Source: an uncultured Spirochaetota bacterium
GTDB taxonomy: Bacteria > Spirochaetota > Spirochaetia > SZUA-6 > Fen-1364
Length of the DNA stretch: 64,000 nucleotides
Reading direction: 5' to 3'
Assembly: GCA_963734545.1 (NCBI GenBank)
Contig: CAVTHO010000007.1
Span: 704,001-768,000, forward strand
The notes under the pieces were generated by a model, which was not told where the DNA came from, ran no database searches, and worked only from the letters and a program-made list of their open reading frames with translations. Position numbers and translations under genes: made by a program. Below, one piece after another: positions 28,833 through 38,977 of the stretch (position 1 is its first letter; each line of letters starts with the position of its first letter).

Positions 28833-29885
28833 ATGGAAACCGTGCTCATCGGTCTGGCCCGTTCCGGGAGAACGACGATATTCAACGCTCTGACAGGACA
28901 GACCGCCGCCACGGGTGACGCGGGTGGAGGAAAGAAGCAGGCCTACCTGGCCGAGGTCAAAGTGCCTGACGACAGGCTGGACAAGCTCGCCGCGTTGTAC
29001 AAGCCGAAAAAGCTCACGCATGCCCCTGTCCTCTTCAAGGACCTTCCCCTCGATCATGACGAGGAAGGCGGGATCACGGCCGCGAGCCTCGCCGACATGC
29101 GCAGGGCGGACGCGGTGGCCATCGTGATCCGGGCTTTCGCGAGCGATGCGGTCATCCACCCTCTCAAGGATCCGAAACCCCTCCGCGATTTTCGCAAGGT
29201 GATGGATTCCCTGGTGTTCGGAGACTACGAGATTGCCGAAAAGCGGGCCGCGCGGCTCGACAAGGAAGCGAAGCGTGAGGGAAGGGAGTACCACGTGCTT
29301 CAGCAGATCGTGGCGCGGCTGGGAGCGGGAAAACCCCTGGGCGCCGACTTCTTTCCCCCGGATGACGAGAGGCTTTTTTCAGGATTCGGCTTTCTTACCG
29401 CGAAGCCGATTTTTCTCGTCATCAACACGGGAGAAGAGACGATCGATCATGCGGAGCTCCTGACGGAAGCCGGTGGCATGGGGATCCACGCCTTCCCGAT
29501 CAGGGGTGACATGGAGATGGAGATCGCGCAGCTTGCGCCGGAGGACCAGAAGGATTTTCTGCGCGATCTCGGTCTGGAGGAGCCTGCCAAAAACCGCTTC
29601 CTCCGCCACGTGTACGCGACGTTGCGGCTCGTGAGCTTTTTCACGGTCGGAGAGGATGAATGCAAGGCGTGGAGCATCCGCGAGGGCACGACAGCCGTGG
29701 CCGCGGCCGCTGAAATCCACTCCGATCTCGCCAAGGGCTTCATCAGGGCTGAGGTCGCGGCGTGGCAGGACGTGCTTGCCGGCGGCGACTTTGCCGGCGC
29801 CAAAAAGGCAAACAAGCTTCGACTGGAAGGAAAAGAGTACGTCGTGAAGGACGGCGACGTGCTCCTCATCAGGTTCAACGTGTGA
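28833..29885 (+). CDS. YchF/Obg-like ATPase family protein (DUF933/TGS C-terminus), divergent
   Basis: VKVPDDRLDKL, FLTAKP, FFTVGEDECKAW, IHSDLAKGFIRAEV, RLEGKEYVVKDGD..RFNV; RBS AAGGAG. Confidence 0.88.
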   Translation: METVLIGLARSGRTTIFNALTGQTAATGDAGGGKKQAYLAEVKVPDDRLDKLAALYKPKKLTHAPVLFKDLPLDHDEEGGITAASLADMRRADAVAIVIRAFASDAVIHPLKDPKPLRDFRKVMDSLVFGDYEIAEKRAARLDKEAKREGREYHVLQQIVARLGAGKPLGADFFPPDDERLFSGFGFLTAKPIFLVINTGEETIDHAELLTEAGGMGIHAFPIRGDMEMEIAQLAPEDQKDFLRDLGLEEPAKNRFLRHVYATLRLVSFFTVGEDECKAWSIREGTTAVAAAAEIHSDLAKGFIRAEVAAWQDVLAGGDFAGAKKANKLRLEGKEYVVKDGDVLLIRFNV

Positions 29886-30951
29886 CGGCGATGTCCCCGA
29901 TCGAGAAGGTCGTGTAGTAGAACTCTTCCCAGGTGCCCAGCCCCTTGTCGAACCATCCCGCGGTAAGATCGACAGTCGCCGTTTGCCCGATCCCGGAAAT
30001 AAGGGCCGGCGGGAACTGCCCGGCCGCGGTGTCCAGCTCGACGGTGGTGTCGGTGGCTTTCACGCTTCCCACCAGGGTCGGTGTCCGAATCCCTTTCTGC
30101 CACAGAAGACAGGCCGCCCGCCTGCCGTCGGCCCGGGGCTGGAGCTCGAGGGTGAAATGGTTGTCCTTGCCCGGGGACCGGGACCCGAACACATAGAGGA
30201 AATACGAGACTCTCTCCGCGAATCCGCCCTCGACTGAAAGCGAGATCTTGAGGGTGCCGTCTTCGAGCGAGCCGGAAATCGCGTCGATTCGCGTGCCGGT
30301 AAGGGCCCAGGCGCGCGAGTCTGATATCGGCAGCACCGTGAAGTCGCCCTGCTTTTCCTTCGTGAAGAAAGCCGGAGTGAACCCGGTGGAAAATGTTGCC
30401 ACGGCCCGCATGCCGGGGGGCGGAGTCTCTGCGGCAGCCTGCGATGAGACGGCTGCCGCCTGCGCGCCGGAGGGCGAAGAAGCCGGTTCCCCGAGACCTG
30501 CCTGCGCCGCCGTTGTCTCTGCGCGCGCAAAGCCGGCGATACGCGGGGAATCCGGGGCAATGCTGAGAAGCGCCGGGCTGGCAAATATCGCGTAGAACCT
30601 GTCCCCTACCCTGCTGTCCGCCTGCAGGGTGATGACGCGCACGGGGTATTCGTTCAGGTCCTGCACGGCAAAGAATCCCACCAGGAGATGGGTCCCGTCC
30701 GCAAGCCCGTCGAGCTTCACCGTCGCGTTGGGGGCAAGCGAGGCAAACGGTACTCCGTCATGCGCGGCAAAAAACCCCGCGATCCTGCTCGCAAGCAGAG
30801 GGCTCCCCACAGTGAGGTCCGCGAGCTCCCCGGGGTCCACCGCGTAATAGAATGTCGCGTTCTCCTGGTTCTGCAGAAACACACCGCTCTGCGCGAAGGC
30901 AGCGGCACATACCGTCAGGGCGATTGCCGCACCCAGCATGATTCTTTTCAT
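29875..30951 (-). CDS. Exported hypothetical protein, two domains joined by an Ala/Ser/Pro linker
   Basis: RBS GGGGAG, signal peptide ending AFA-Q, 358 aa. Confidence 0.7.
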   Translation of the reverse strand: MKRIMLGAAIALTVCAAAFAQSGVFLQNQENATFYYAVDPGELADLTVGSPLLASRIAGFFAAHDGVPFASLAPNATVKLDGLADGTHLLVGFFAVQDLNEYPVRVITLQADSRVGDRFYAIFASPALLSIAPDSPRIAGFARAETTAAQAGLGEPASSPSGAQAAAVSSQAAAETPPPGMRAVATFSTGFTPAFFTKEKQGDFTVLPISDSRAWALTGTRIDAISGSLEDGTLKISLSVEGGFAERVSYFLYVFGSRSPGKDNHFTLELQPRADGRRAACLLWQKGIRTPTLVGSVKATDTTVELDTAAGQFPPALISGIGQTATVDLTAGWFDKGLGTWEEFYYTTFSIGDIAVTR

Positions 30952-31005
30952 CGCTTCTCTCCCCTTTTCCTATCGGCACAATCCCGCCAAATGCCTTCTT
31001 TCCGC

Positions 31006-34000
31006 TCATTTCCTGCGCACGACGAGGATGGTGAGGTCGTCTCGCTGCTCATCCTCCAGCAGGTGAGAGAAATGCACGTACGGGTCATCCGGCTGCCCTT
31101 CCAGCCGGTGGGAAAAGTACCGTGGGTATTGCAGGAAATGCTTCTGTAGGAAGGCGTCGATTTTCGCGTCGACCGCGACCTTGTTGCCGTCTCCGGCCGT
31201 CGGCGCCAAGACCAGCCGAAACACCTTCTCCGCGGACACGACCGAGAGGACCGCCTCTTTCACGGTTCCTTCGCAGCTTGAAAAGTCGAACTCAAGCTCT
31301 TCGTTCGGTATCGGATTATGGTGGCGAACGAGCTTGACCCGCGACTTGCTGAAGACTCCCGTAATGAACTCGTCCATTCGATCCTTGCCGAAGTCTTCGT
31401 TGTCGGTTCCCCACTTGTGGGTGCCGAGATGATAGTCCCCTTCCTTCAGCCCTGGTTCCTGGCAGGTGATCACCTCGAACGAGGCGTCTCGCAGGAATCT
31501 CTTTGCCTCATCGACACCGTCCGTGGGGAGGAAGAGAACGTCACCGTGGTCGAGGGTGAGGGGAAACTGGGGAAATCCGGATTTCATTTCCACGAGCATG
31601 GAGGGAAACACGCCCGCCGCCGGGGACCCCTTTTCCTTCGGTGTCAGCTCACGGTGCACCATGCGCTTCTCGCTGACGTCATAGATATTCAACTCGTTGT
31701 CTCCGGCCGGGCAGACGGTGATCGCACCGGTCGCGGTGTTGAAAAGGCAGATGGTGAAAGCCGCAAACAGACCCTTGAACCCCCGCTCCTCCAGCATGTC
31801 GTTGATCGTGTAAACGAGCGTATCCAGGCGCTCCAGGTCCTTGAGGAGACGCTGTCTTTCTCCGGCATCCTTGATCTGGGCGAGGCTGTCTTTCCGCCGC
31901 TTCCAATCGCGGCAGTGATTGATGAAAAGAGTTGCCACCTCGACCATGATGAGACCGGCGGAGACCCCGTGGCCCGAGACGTCGCACTTGATGAGCGCAT
32001 AGTGTGTCTCGTCCAGCGGCTTGAAATCGAAGTAGTCCCCGGACACCTCAGCGGCGCCCTCGTAGTACCCGTAGAACTCGACGTCCTTCGTGTCCTCTTC
32101 CGCGGTGCTCCCCTTCCTTCCCGCCCTGTCCTTGGCCAGGGGAAGGAACATCTTCTGCACGTCCTTGCCGAGCATGAGCTCCTTGTTCGCGACGGCTGCC
32201 TTGACAAGGCCCTGCGTCATCGCGTTCACGGTGTCAGCGAGGGTGCCGATCTCGTCCCGCGTGCGGACGACGATGGTGTGATCCTTGAGCAGTTCCTTGT
32301 CTTCCGTGTCACGGATGACCGCCACGCCCTGCGCGAGCTTGCGGATGGGCGTGACGGTGATGTTCGCCATGAGGATTGCGCCCAGGATGCCCAGGCCCAT
32401 CGCGGCAAGCGCGATGGTACCGGCGATGGCGAGGATGTTCCTGATCGATTCGTCGATCCGCTGGGTGATCGCCGCGGTCTTCACTTCGAGACGAATGAGA
32501 CCCTGGTAGAAGGTATCGTCCGCCTCCAGCGTCCCGTAGCTGTAGTATACGACCGGCTTGTAGAAGAGGTACGTCGGTTTGAGCGTCTGGTTCGGCTCGA
32601 ATGCCTCCAGCGTGGCGGGATTCCCGAGCTCCGCTTTTGCCTGCGTGTCGAGGCCGAGCGTGATCTCCTTCAGCTGCGAATTGATCTCACCCAGCTGCAA
32701 TCGTGATGCTGCATCGGTCCTCGTGAGAAGTGCCTTCTGCCTGCCTTTCAGGCTTCGATATTGATCGATCAGGGAAACGAACTTCTTCAGTCCATCCGCG
32801 TCTACCTTCTTCTGAAGCTGCGGGACGACGCTCTTCGCGAGCTCGTCGTCCACCGTTTCCTTGGCAATCCGGAAGTTCTTCGTGACATTCAGCTCGTCCG
32901 CAAAGCGTTTCTGGTCGCTCGCCCACACGAAATCCTTCGGGTCGGTGGGCTTCAGAAGGGGATTCGCCACGGGGTCCGGTCCCGTAATGGTCGTATAGTT
33001 CGCTTCCGTCATCGCGTTGCGAAGATTGGGCATGTTCTTGGCATCGAGGAAACCCTGGTCGCCGAGGCGGAAATACGAATCCGCGCTCGCGGCGAGGGCG
33101 TCAAGAAGGATATTGGCCTGCTTCTGCAGCCCGGAGGCAAGGGCGAACCTTTCGTTGCTGATCATCTGCAGGCCGAGCGGTATGGACACGATGAGCACGA
33201 TCATCGTCACCAGGACAACCATGAGGAGGGTGAACTTGAGCCGGAGCCCCACTCCCCTTCTCTTGAGCGCCTTCATCCTGTTTTTCCTTTCCTCCCATCC
33301 CATGTTCGGCCTTCCCTCGAGGAGGGCGGCCACCTCAGTCCGCATCGCGGCCCCTTCGACAGCGAGCGCCGCAATCTTCCGTATCGCCAGGAATGAAAGC
33401 GCGCCGAGCAGGGCAACGACCAGGGCGACCATGAGGGAGTCGAATGAGAGTGTGTAGCGCGGCGTCCGGCCCGCAATCCAGCGCGGGAGCAGGATCTGGA
33501 AATTGCCGATTCGTACCGTGCCGGGAGACTCGAACGAGAAAACCGCATTCGGGGTGAAATACAAAGCCGGACCGTTCGGCCGCTGCTGCAGCAGACCGAC
33601 CTTGTACGCGCCGGAAGGACGGTTGGCGTCGAGCGTAATGCCGGAGATCGTCCGGTCAGTCACGGTAATCGGCGCGGCTGGCTCGAACTCCATGTCCCAC
33701 GGGGGATTCCTGCCCCCGCGACGGTCCAGGTAGACCTTCGCGAGGGCGCCGTTGCGCGTGAATCCCTTTCCGAGGATCGTGAGCTTCACCGTTCCCAGGA
33801 CCGGATCCCTGCTGGCGGTCACCAGGTCTATGCGGGTGACGAGCTGGTAGTTGCGGAGCCCGAGTGCGATCGTCGACGGCGGGCCGAAATTGCCTGCCCT
33901 GTCGACTGCGCGCACGGTGACGGCGTAGACACCGTCGTCCACGTTGGTGAATGTTCTATCCGTTCCGGTCGTCACGACGCGCTCGGGAGGAGACAGGATC

Positions 34001-35808
34001 GGCACGTTCGACTGACGGTATTCCTCGAGCGAGGTCCACCCCGGCTGGGTATTGAACGTGTAGCCGACGATGTCCTTGTCTCCGGCCGGCTTCCAATGAA
34101 GCGTGAACGTGTTCGTGCCCACCGCATAAGAGTTTGCGTCACGCTTGTCGGGCGCAGCGGGAGCGGCGGAGAGCAGCGTCTTTCCCTCCGGGTCGGTGAC
34201 TTCGAAGCTGACCGCTTTCGGCGGAGTAGCGTCCCGGGTGAAGGAAACGGTGGCCGGTACCGCCGTGACGTTGCCCGCCAGATCCACCGCGACGATGGAG
34301 AACCTCCAGGTGCCGTCCAGGTCGAGCTTGCGCGTCGCGAAGAGCTTGGTCCCCGCGGCCAGGGCAGAGACGGTCCGCCTCTCCTTCTCGACGGATGTCG
34401 TTCCCTCTTCGTAGGTCCAGGTGTAGTGGTATTCCTTGATGCCCGCCGGATCCTGCGGCTGGGGCTCACTCCAGCTCACGGTAAGCTCGTCACGATTGGC
34501 CAGCTGCCCCGGAAGGAAATCGACCGGTTTCACGATGGGGGCGCCTACCGAGGCAAGGGGATCCAGCCGTACAAGCGAGGCAGGGCCTCCGGCAGTCGAC
34601 TGGTTCTCCCAGAAGATGTAGAGCGACCCCTTGAGGACCGCCGCATGGGGAAACAGGGCGTTCAGGAGGTGGTCGGTGTTCAGCAGCGGCTGAGTCTCCC
34701 ACGTCCTTCGCTTCTGTGCCAGGACTATGCGGAACGCTCCCGCCGACCCGTCCGCGTAGAGAGCGTATTCCTGTCCCTTCAGGTAGATTTCCCGCGCAAA
34801 TCTTGCCGGAGCGTCGGATGCCAGCGTCTCGAGGGCGCCGATGACGGCCGCCTTTTCATCCAGGTGCACCGAGAGGATCTTGGGAGTATTCGTCCCGAAC
34901 GGAGAGCGCTCCCAGAGCAGACCGAGCTCGGCGCCGAGCACCGTTATCCTCGGCCTCTCGTTGTCGAATCCGAGAGGATCGTCCCCGAACATCGGTCTGA
35001 GGGAAGTGATCGCAACGGCCTTTTCCCAGGTCGCTCCGTTGTCGGAGCTGATTTTCGCGTACAGCTGCCAGCTGCTGGTCAACTCGGTCCGCTTCCGCAA
35101 GGACTGGAAAACCACGTATTCCTTCCCTCGAAAAGCGACGTGCGAGGGCTGGAGCTGCGGACTGGAGACGTCGTCATCGGCAGAGACCAGGGGCGCGAAA
35201 TCTGACCACGCGCGGCCGTCGGAAGAATGGCTGTAGGCCAGCGTGACAGAGCCCGTGCCGGTGTTCACCTCGGTCCCTGTCGTGCCCTGGGAGACGAGCA
35301 GAAGGAACCCGTTGCCGCTGGTGGAAGAGAGGCCGGGCGCGCCCGTTGCCGATCGCGCCCGGATGCGCCCTACCTGCGCGAAGGTCGCGCCGTCGTCAAC
35401 CGACTGCAGAATCGCCGTATCGCGGTCCGAAGTGGAAACAGCGACGAGTATCCTGTCCCTCGCATCGACGGTCATGGAGTACACGCGCGGCTCATTGCCT
35501 TCCGTGACTCCCGTATAGTGTATGGGTCCGAAGAACCTCGCATGGGACTTCCAGGCGAGGCCGTCGCGCGAAACGGCAAGGGAAAGAAAAATGTCTCCGG
35601 TGGTGCGGTCCGTGGGCGCGCGCGGCGTGATCTCCTGCCAGGCAACCGCGATGAGGGAGGTGCCGGTCGCGGAGCTCGAGGACCCTATGCCGGCGGGCAC
35701 CAGAACCTTCGGGTTTTCCCAGTAGAGTGTCTGCCCGAGCCCCGGCAGGGCGGAGACAAGAAGAAGAGCTCCACACAGGGCGAGGACGGCGTTCTGTCTC
35801 CTGCTCAT
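31006..35808 (-). CDS. Large membrane sensor phosphatase: Asp-box propeller, Ig/Fn3-like domains, TM helices, HAMP, SpoIIE/PP2C
   Basis: Asp-boxes SVDDGATF and SSDNGATW; AVDLAGN/AVDRAGN; HAMP PIRKL...RDEIGTLADTVNAM; PP2C VSGDYFD, CDVSGHG, TDGVDEA, DDLT. Confidence 0.85.
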   Translation of the reverse strand: MSRRQNAVLALCGALLLVSALPGLGQTLYWENPKVLVPAGIGSSSSATGTSLIAVAWQEITPRAPTDRTTGDIFLSLAVSRDGLAWKSHARFFGPIHYTGVTEGNEPRVYSMTVDARDRILVAVSTSDRDTAILQSVDDGATFAQVGRIRARSATGAPGLSSTSGNGFLLLVSQGTTGTEVNTGTGSVTLAYSHSSDGRAWSDFAPLVSADDDVSSPQLQPSHVAFRGKEYVVFQSLRKRTELTSSWQLYAKISSDNGATWEKAVAITSLRPMFGDDPLGFDNERPRITVLGAELGLLWERSPFGTNTPKILSVHLDEKAAVIGALETLASDAPARFAREIYLKGQEYALYADGSAGAFRIVLAQKRRTWETQPLLNTDHLLNALFPHAAVLKGSLYIFWENQSTAGGPASLVRLDPLASVGAPIVKPVDFLPGQLANRDELTVSWSEPQPQDPAGIKEYHYTWTYEEGTTSVEKERRTVSALAAGTKLFATRKLDLDGTWRFSIVAVDLAGNVTAVPATVSFTRDATPPKAVSFEVTDPEGKTLLSAAPAAPDKRDANSYAVGTNTFTLHWKPAGDKDIVGYTFNTQPGWTSLEEYRQSNVPILSPPERVVTTGTDRTFTNVDDGVYAVTVRAVDRAGNFGPPSTIALGLRNYQLVTRIDLVTASRDPVLGTVKLTILGKGFTRNGALAKVYLDRRGGRNPPWDMEFEPAAPITVTDRTISGITLDANRPSGAYKVGLLQQRPNGPALYFTPNAVFSFESPGTVRIGNFQILLPRWIAGRTPRYTLSFDSLMVALVVALLGALSFLAIRKIAALAVEGAAMRTEVAALLEGRPNMGWEERKNRMKALKRRGVGLRLKFTLLMVVLVTMIVLIVSIPLGLQMISNERFALASGLQKQANILLDALAASADSYFRLGDQGFLDAKNMPNLRNAMTEANYTTITGPDPVANPLLKPTDPKDFVWASDQKRFADELNVTKNFRIAKETVDDELAKSVVPQLQKKVDADGLKKFVSLIDQYRSLKGRQKALLTRTDAASRLQLGEINSQLKEITLGLDTQAKAELGNPATLEAFEPNQTLKPTYLFYKPVVYYSYGTLEADDTFYQGLIRLEVKTAAITQRIDESIRNILAIAGTIALAAMGLGILGAILMANITVTPIRKLAQGVAVIRDTEDKELLKDHTIVVRTRDEIGTLADTVNAMTQGLVKAAVANKELMLGKDVQKMFLPLAKDRAGRKGSTAEEDTKDVEFYGYYEGAAEVSGDYFDFKPLDETHYALIKCDVSGHGVSAGLIMVEVATLFINHCRDWKRRKDSLAQIKDAGERQRLLKDLERLDTLVYTINDMLEERGFKGLFAAFTICLFNTATGAITVCPAGDNELNIYDVSEKRMVHRELTPKEKGSPAAGVFPSMLVEMKSGFPQFPLTLDHGDVLFLPTDGVDEAKRFLRDASFEVITCQEPGLKEGDYHLGTHKWGTDNEDFGKDRMDEFITGVFSKSRVKLVRHHNPIPNEELEFDFSSCEGTVKEAVLSVVSAEKVFRLVLAPTAGDGNKVAVDAKIDAFLQKHFLQYPRYFSHRLEGQPDDPYVHFSHLLEDEQRDDLTILVVRRK

Positions 35809-38800
35809 GATATGTTGAGCGCCACCTCGCATCGCTTCTTCAGTCTCTGCAGCTCGCCATACGTCCTGTTCCGGGGTGCATCCCACAGGCCGAGGACCGT
35901 ATCGTAGGCGCCCTGGTAGTCGCCGGAGAGATACAGATTGAGTGCCTGCTTGTACTTCTGCGTATCGACGGGCGACAGCGCGGTCAGCGCGGTGCTCCCC
36001 ATGCGGATGCGGATCTGGCCGTCGAGGCTTATCGCCTCACGATTGTCCGGATTGATTCTCAATGCCTGCTTCAAGAGATCCAGCGCCTGCTGGAACGCAT
36101 CGGGGGACCCGTCCTGCTGCACGGTGTTGGCGCGGCGCACCAGCTGGTTGGATTCCGCTACCTGCTGGGCGGTGGCCGGCCGGCGCCTCAACCCCAGGTC
36201 GAATTCGAGCTCGCGAACCGTGTTTCGTGTCTGGGAGGCAAAAGCAGGATCAAGCCTTTGATAGTCCAGCAGGGCCAGGTACGCGGTTCTCTGCCCCTGG
36301 ATATTGGTCCCGTCCGTGGCGAGCTTCGTATACTCGGCAATCTGCGCGGCCGCTTCTTTCTGGAATGCGGTGGGGTCCGTCTGTTTCTTTATCTGCAGCG
36401 CGAGCACTTTCGCGGCGCCGTAGTTCGGCGCCACGGCGAGGGCAAAGTTCACGTTCTGTTGGGCTTCCGTCAGTCGATTCGTGGCCATCGCGTCCCGCGC
36501 ATACTTGATGAACGTATTCACCACGTCGGCCTTCGGATCCAGCCGGGAGATGTCCCGGCCCTGGCTGATCTGCAGCGCATTCTGAATGTTGACGCTCCTG
36601 ATCTCGAATGACGGGTTGGGATCGGACTGCGTCTGGGCCCAGTCCTTCTGCGCCGCATCGAGGGCGTCGTATGCGCCGAGAAAATCCCGCGCGTTCAGCC
36701 TCTTGTCGATCTCGGCAAGCCATCTCTGCGCCGTTGCGTTCGCGATCGATGTCCGCAGCCCCAGGATCGCTGCACGCAGCTCCGGGATGTCCTTGTCGGT
36801 TCTCTTTTCCGCGTATGCCGTGTACGCGATGGCCTGGGACCTGATATATGCCTCGTCCGCCTTGTCGAGCTGGGAGGTCGCGCCGTCCGGATCCTTCCTG
36901 TTCAGAAGGCTCTGGGCCCCCGCGAACCAGTTGTCTCCCTCTTTGCTCGCCACGGCCGCGTCGTCGATCTGCTTCTGTGCCTTGTCCAGGAGTTGACTCA
37001 GCTCACCCTGCTCGGCGCGCGCCCTCTCGAGCAGATCCTCGTAGCCTGCCCGTCCGCCCGAACCCTTGAGAAGGGCCAGGATCGCGGCGCTGTTCGCCAC
37101 GTAGGGCTTGTCCGCCTGCAGCGACCTCGTGATGTCGCCGATGTCCCCGGTGAGAGAATCCAGGATCGCCCCTCCCTCTTCGAAGCGCCGCGCTGCCTGA
37201 TCGGGGTACTTCGGAGGAATGCCGACAAAGCCGGCAGGCAGCTCGCCGTTTTTCGTTCCGGCCATGAGGTCCAGTCCCTGTTTCTTGAGGGCAACCGTCT
37301 TGTCGAGCCTCTCCTGATACGTGATTCCCCTGATCGATGCAAGCCTCACGGCGAAAGACAGATCGCGCGGTTGAAGGTCGTCGTTGATGAACCCCGAAAA
37401 CAGGTCCGCCATGGCACCGGCCGATCGGGCAAGGGATCCGAGCGGAACACCCGTGCTCATCTGGGACGTCAGTGAAGAAGTGCGCGCGCGCCATTCTCTC
37501 TGGTCCGCGTCCGCATCGGCGGCACGCGCTGCGATTTTCGCCCGCGCGGCGGAAAGCTGGCTCGCTTCTTCCCGGACTTTCGCCTCATCGACCGGCGCAG
37601 CGGAGCTCGCGACGGGCAGCGCGGCGAACTCCCCGCGATACGTGATGAGCTTGCGGAATGCCTGGGATTCGGCCGCCTGCTCCTGCGCCGTGGAAGCCCG
37701 CGCAATCTGGGCTTGAAGCGCGTCCGTGCCGCCCGGAGCAACCGCCCAGCCCGATGGACCGAACGTGACAAGCCCTGCCCCCGCCAGCGCGATCCCCTTG
37801 AGCGCGACCACACTGCGATAGTAGGCATCATCGAACTTCCTGTCTGCCGTCGCGAAGTCACCGGCATCATACGCCGCGCGCGCGGCCGCGAATGCGGCAC
37901 CGGCGGCGGCCTCGGAGGCCTCAGCCGCGGCCTGGGCGCGCTCCTGCCAGAGGACCTGGAGCGCCCGCGCGATTCCCTCCGTCTTCTTCTCCCGCCCCAG
38001 GCACAGCGAGATGACGTACTTGAGGTAGGCGTCGTCCCTGCCCTTCCCCGCGGCGTCCCTGATGGATCGGTTCATGTCCGTGATGCCGGCCGCGGTCAGG
38101 CGTATGGCTGCCTCCGCGCTCGCGCCATTTCGAAGCGGGGAGACCGCGGCATCGAATGCGCCGAGCGCGGCCGGTGTCGCAGTGCCGGAAAGCAGGGATC
38201 CCACGGCCGCGGGGACCCCGGCCACCCGGGGAGCGTCCTTGATCTCCTGCCCGGCGACCGACACGATGCGCGCGACCGCGTTCTGCACGCTGGTCTCGAT
38301 GATCTTCCCGTAGCCCGCCGCATCGAAATCGGGCTTCTGCATGGTGAATCCCGCAGCCTTGGGATCGGTGAAAGGCAGGAGATACAGAGAGAGCGCATCC
38401 GGGATCTTCCGCTCCGCGATCAGCGCCGCCGCGTTGTCCATGAGCTTGTAGAACCGCACGAAATCGAAGGCGCTGGCTGCCTCCGTCAGCGCGCGCGCAG
38501 GGTCTATTCTCTGGAGCTCTGCGATCAGCTGCAGGCCTTTCTCCTCGTTGTGCTCCTCATAGAGGGCCTTCACGAGCTGGGAGAGGACGCTGTTGTACAT
38601 CTGGCCCCGTACAATGATCACCTCGGATATCAACCTTGTCGTTTCGTCACTCAGATTGGGATTCGTACGCTGAATGATCGTCAGCAGCCGGAGCGCGCCA
38701 TTGTAGTCCTGCTCCTGCATCAACTTCTGCACGTCCGAAAGGCGTGCCTCCCCCTGCCCCCCTGCCAAAAGGGGAGTGGCCGCTCCGGCGAGCAGGAGGC

Positions 38801-38846
38801 TGAGGCAGAACATGAGCGCACGGGCTTTCAGGCCAAGCGTCGGCAC
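35805..38846 (-). CDS. Large exported alpha-helical/TPR protein
   Basis: Signal peptide followed by AGGQGE; TPR-like ALAVAPNY and ALRINPDN; stop overlaps the downstream ATG. Confidence 0.75.
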   Translation of the reverse strand: MPTLGLKARALMFCLSLLLAGAATPLLAGGQGEARLSDVQKLMQEQDYNGALRLLTIIQRTNPNLSDETTRLISEVIIVRGQMYNSVLSQLVKALYEEHNEEKGLQLIAELQRIDPARALTEAASAFDFVRFYKLMDNAAALIAERKIPDALSLYLLPFTDPKAAGFTMQKPDFDAAGYGKIIETSVQNAVARIVSVAGQEIKDAPRVAGVPAAVGSLLSGTATPAALGAFDAAVSPLRNGASAEAAIRLTAAGITDMNRSIRDAAGKGRDDAYLKYVISLCLGREKKTEGIARALQVLWQERAQAAAEASEAAAGAAFAAARAAYDAGDFATADRKFDDAYYRSVVALKGIALAGAGLVTFGPSGWAVAPGGTDALQAQIARASTAQEQAAESQAFRKLITYRGEFAALPVASSAAPVDEAKVREEASQLSAARAKIAARAADADADQREWRARTSSLTSQMSTGVPLGSLARSAGAMADLFSGFINDDLQPRDLSFAVRLASIRGITYQERLDKTVALKKQGLDLMAGTKNGELPAGFVGIPPKYPDQAARRFEEGGAILDSLTGDIGDITRSLQADKPYVANSAAILALLKGSGGRAGYEDLLERARAEQGELSQLLDKAQKQIDDAAVASKEGDNWFAGAQSLLNRKDPDGATSQLDKADEAYIRSQAIAYTAYAEKRTDKDIPELRAAILGLRTSIANATAQRWLAEIDKRLNARDFLGAYDALDAAQKDWAQTQSDPNPSFEIRSVNIQNALQISQGRDISRLDPKADVVNTFIKYARDAMATNRLTEAQQNVNFALAVAPNYGAAKVLALQIKKQTDPTAFQKEAAAQIAEYTKLATDGTNIQGQRTAYLALLDYQRLDPAFASQTRNTVRELEFDLGLRRRPATAQQVAESNQLVRRANTVQQDGSPDAFQQALDLLKQALRINPDNREAISLDGQIRIRMGSTALTALSPVDTQKYKQALNLYLSGDYQGAYDTVLGLWDAPRNRTYGELQRLKKRCEVALNIS

Positions 38847-38977
38847 GGACCCCCTCGGTTCATATTATCGACCAAAATGGCGCGTGGGTCATCCCTAAAA
38901 CCCCCTCCGGGCGGGTCAGAAGGCCTTTCCGTTGTATGGAATTGAGCTTCATACCGATGTATACTTGTATAAAGAGT

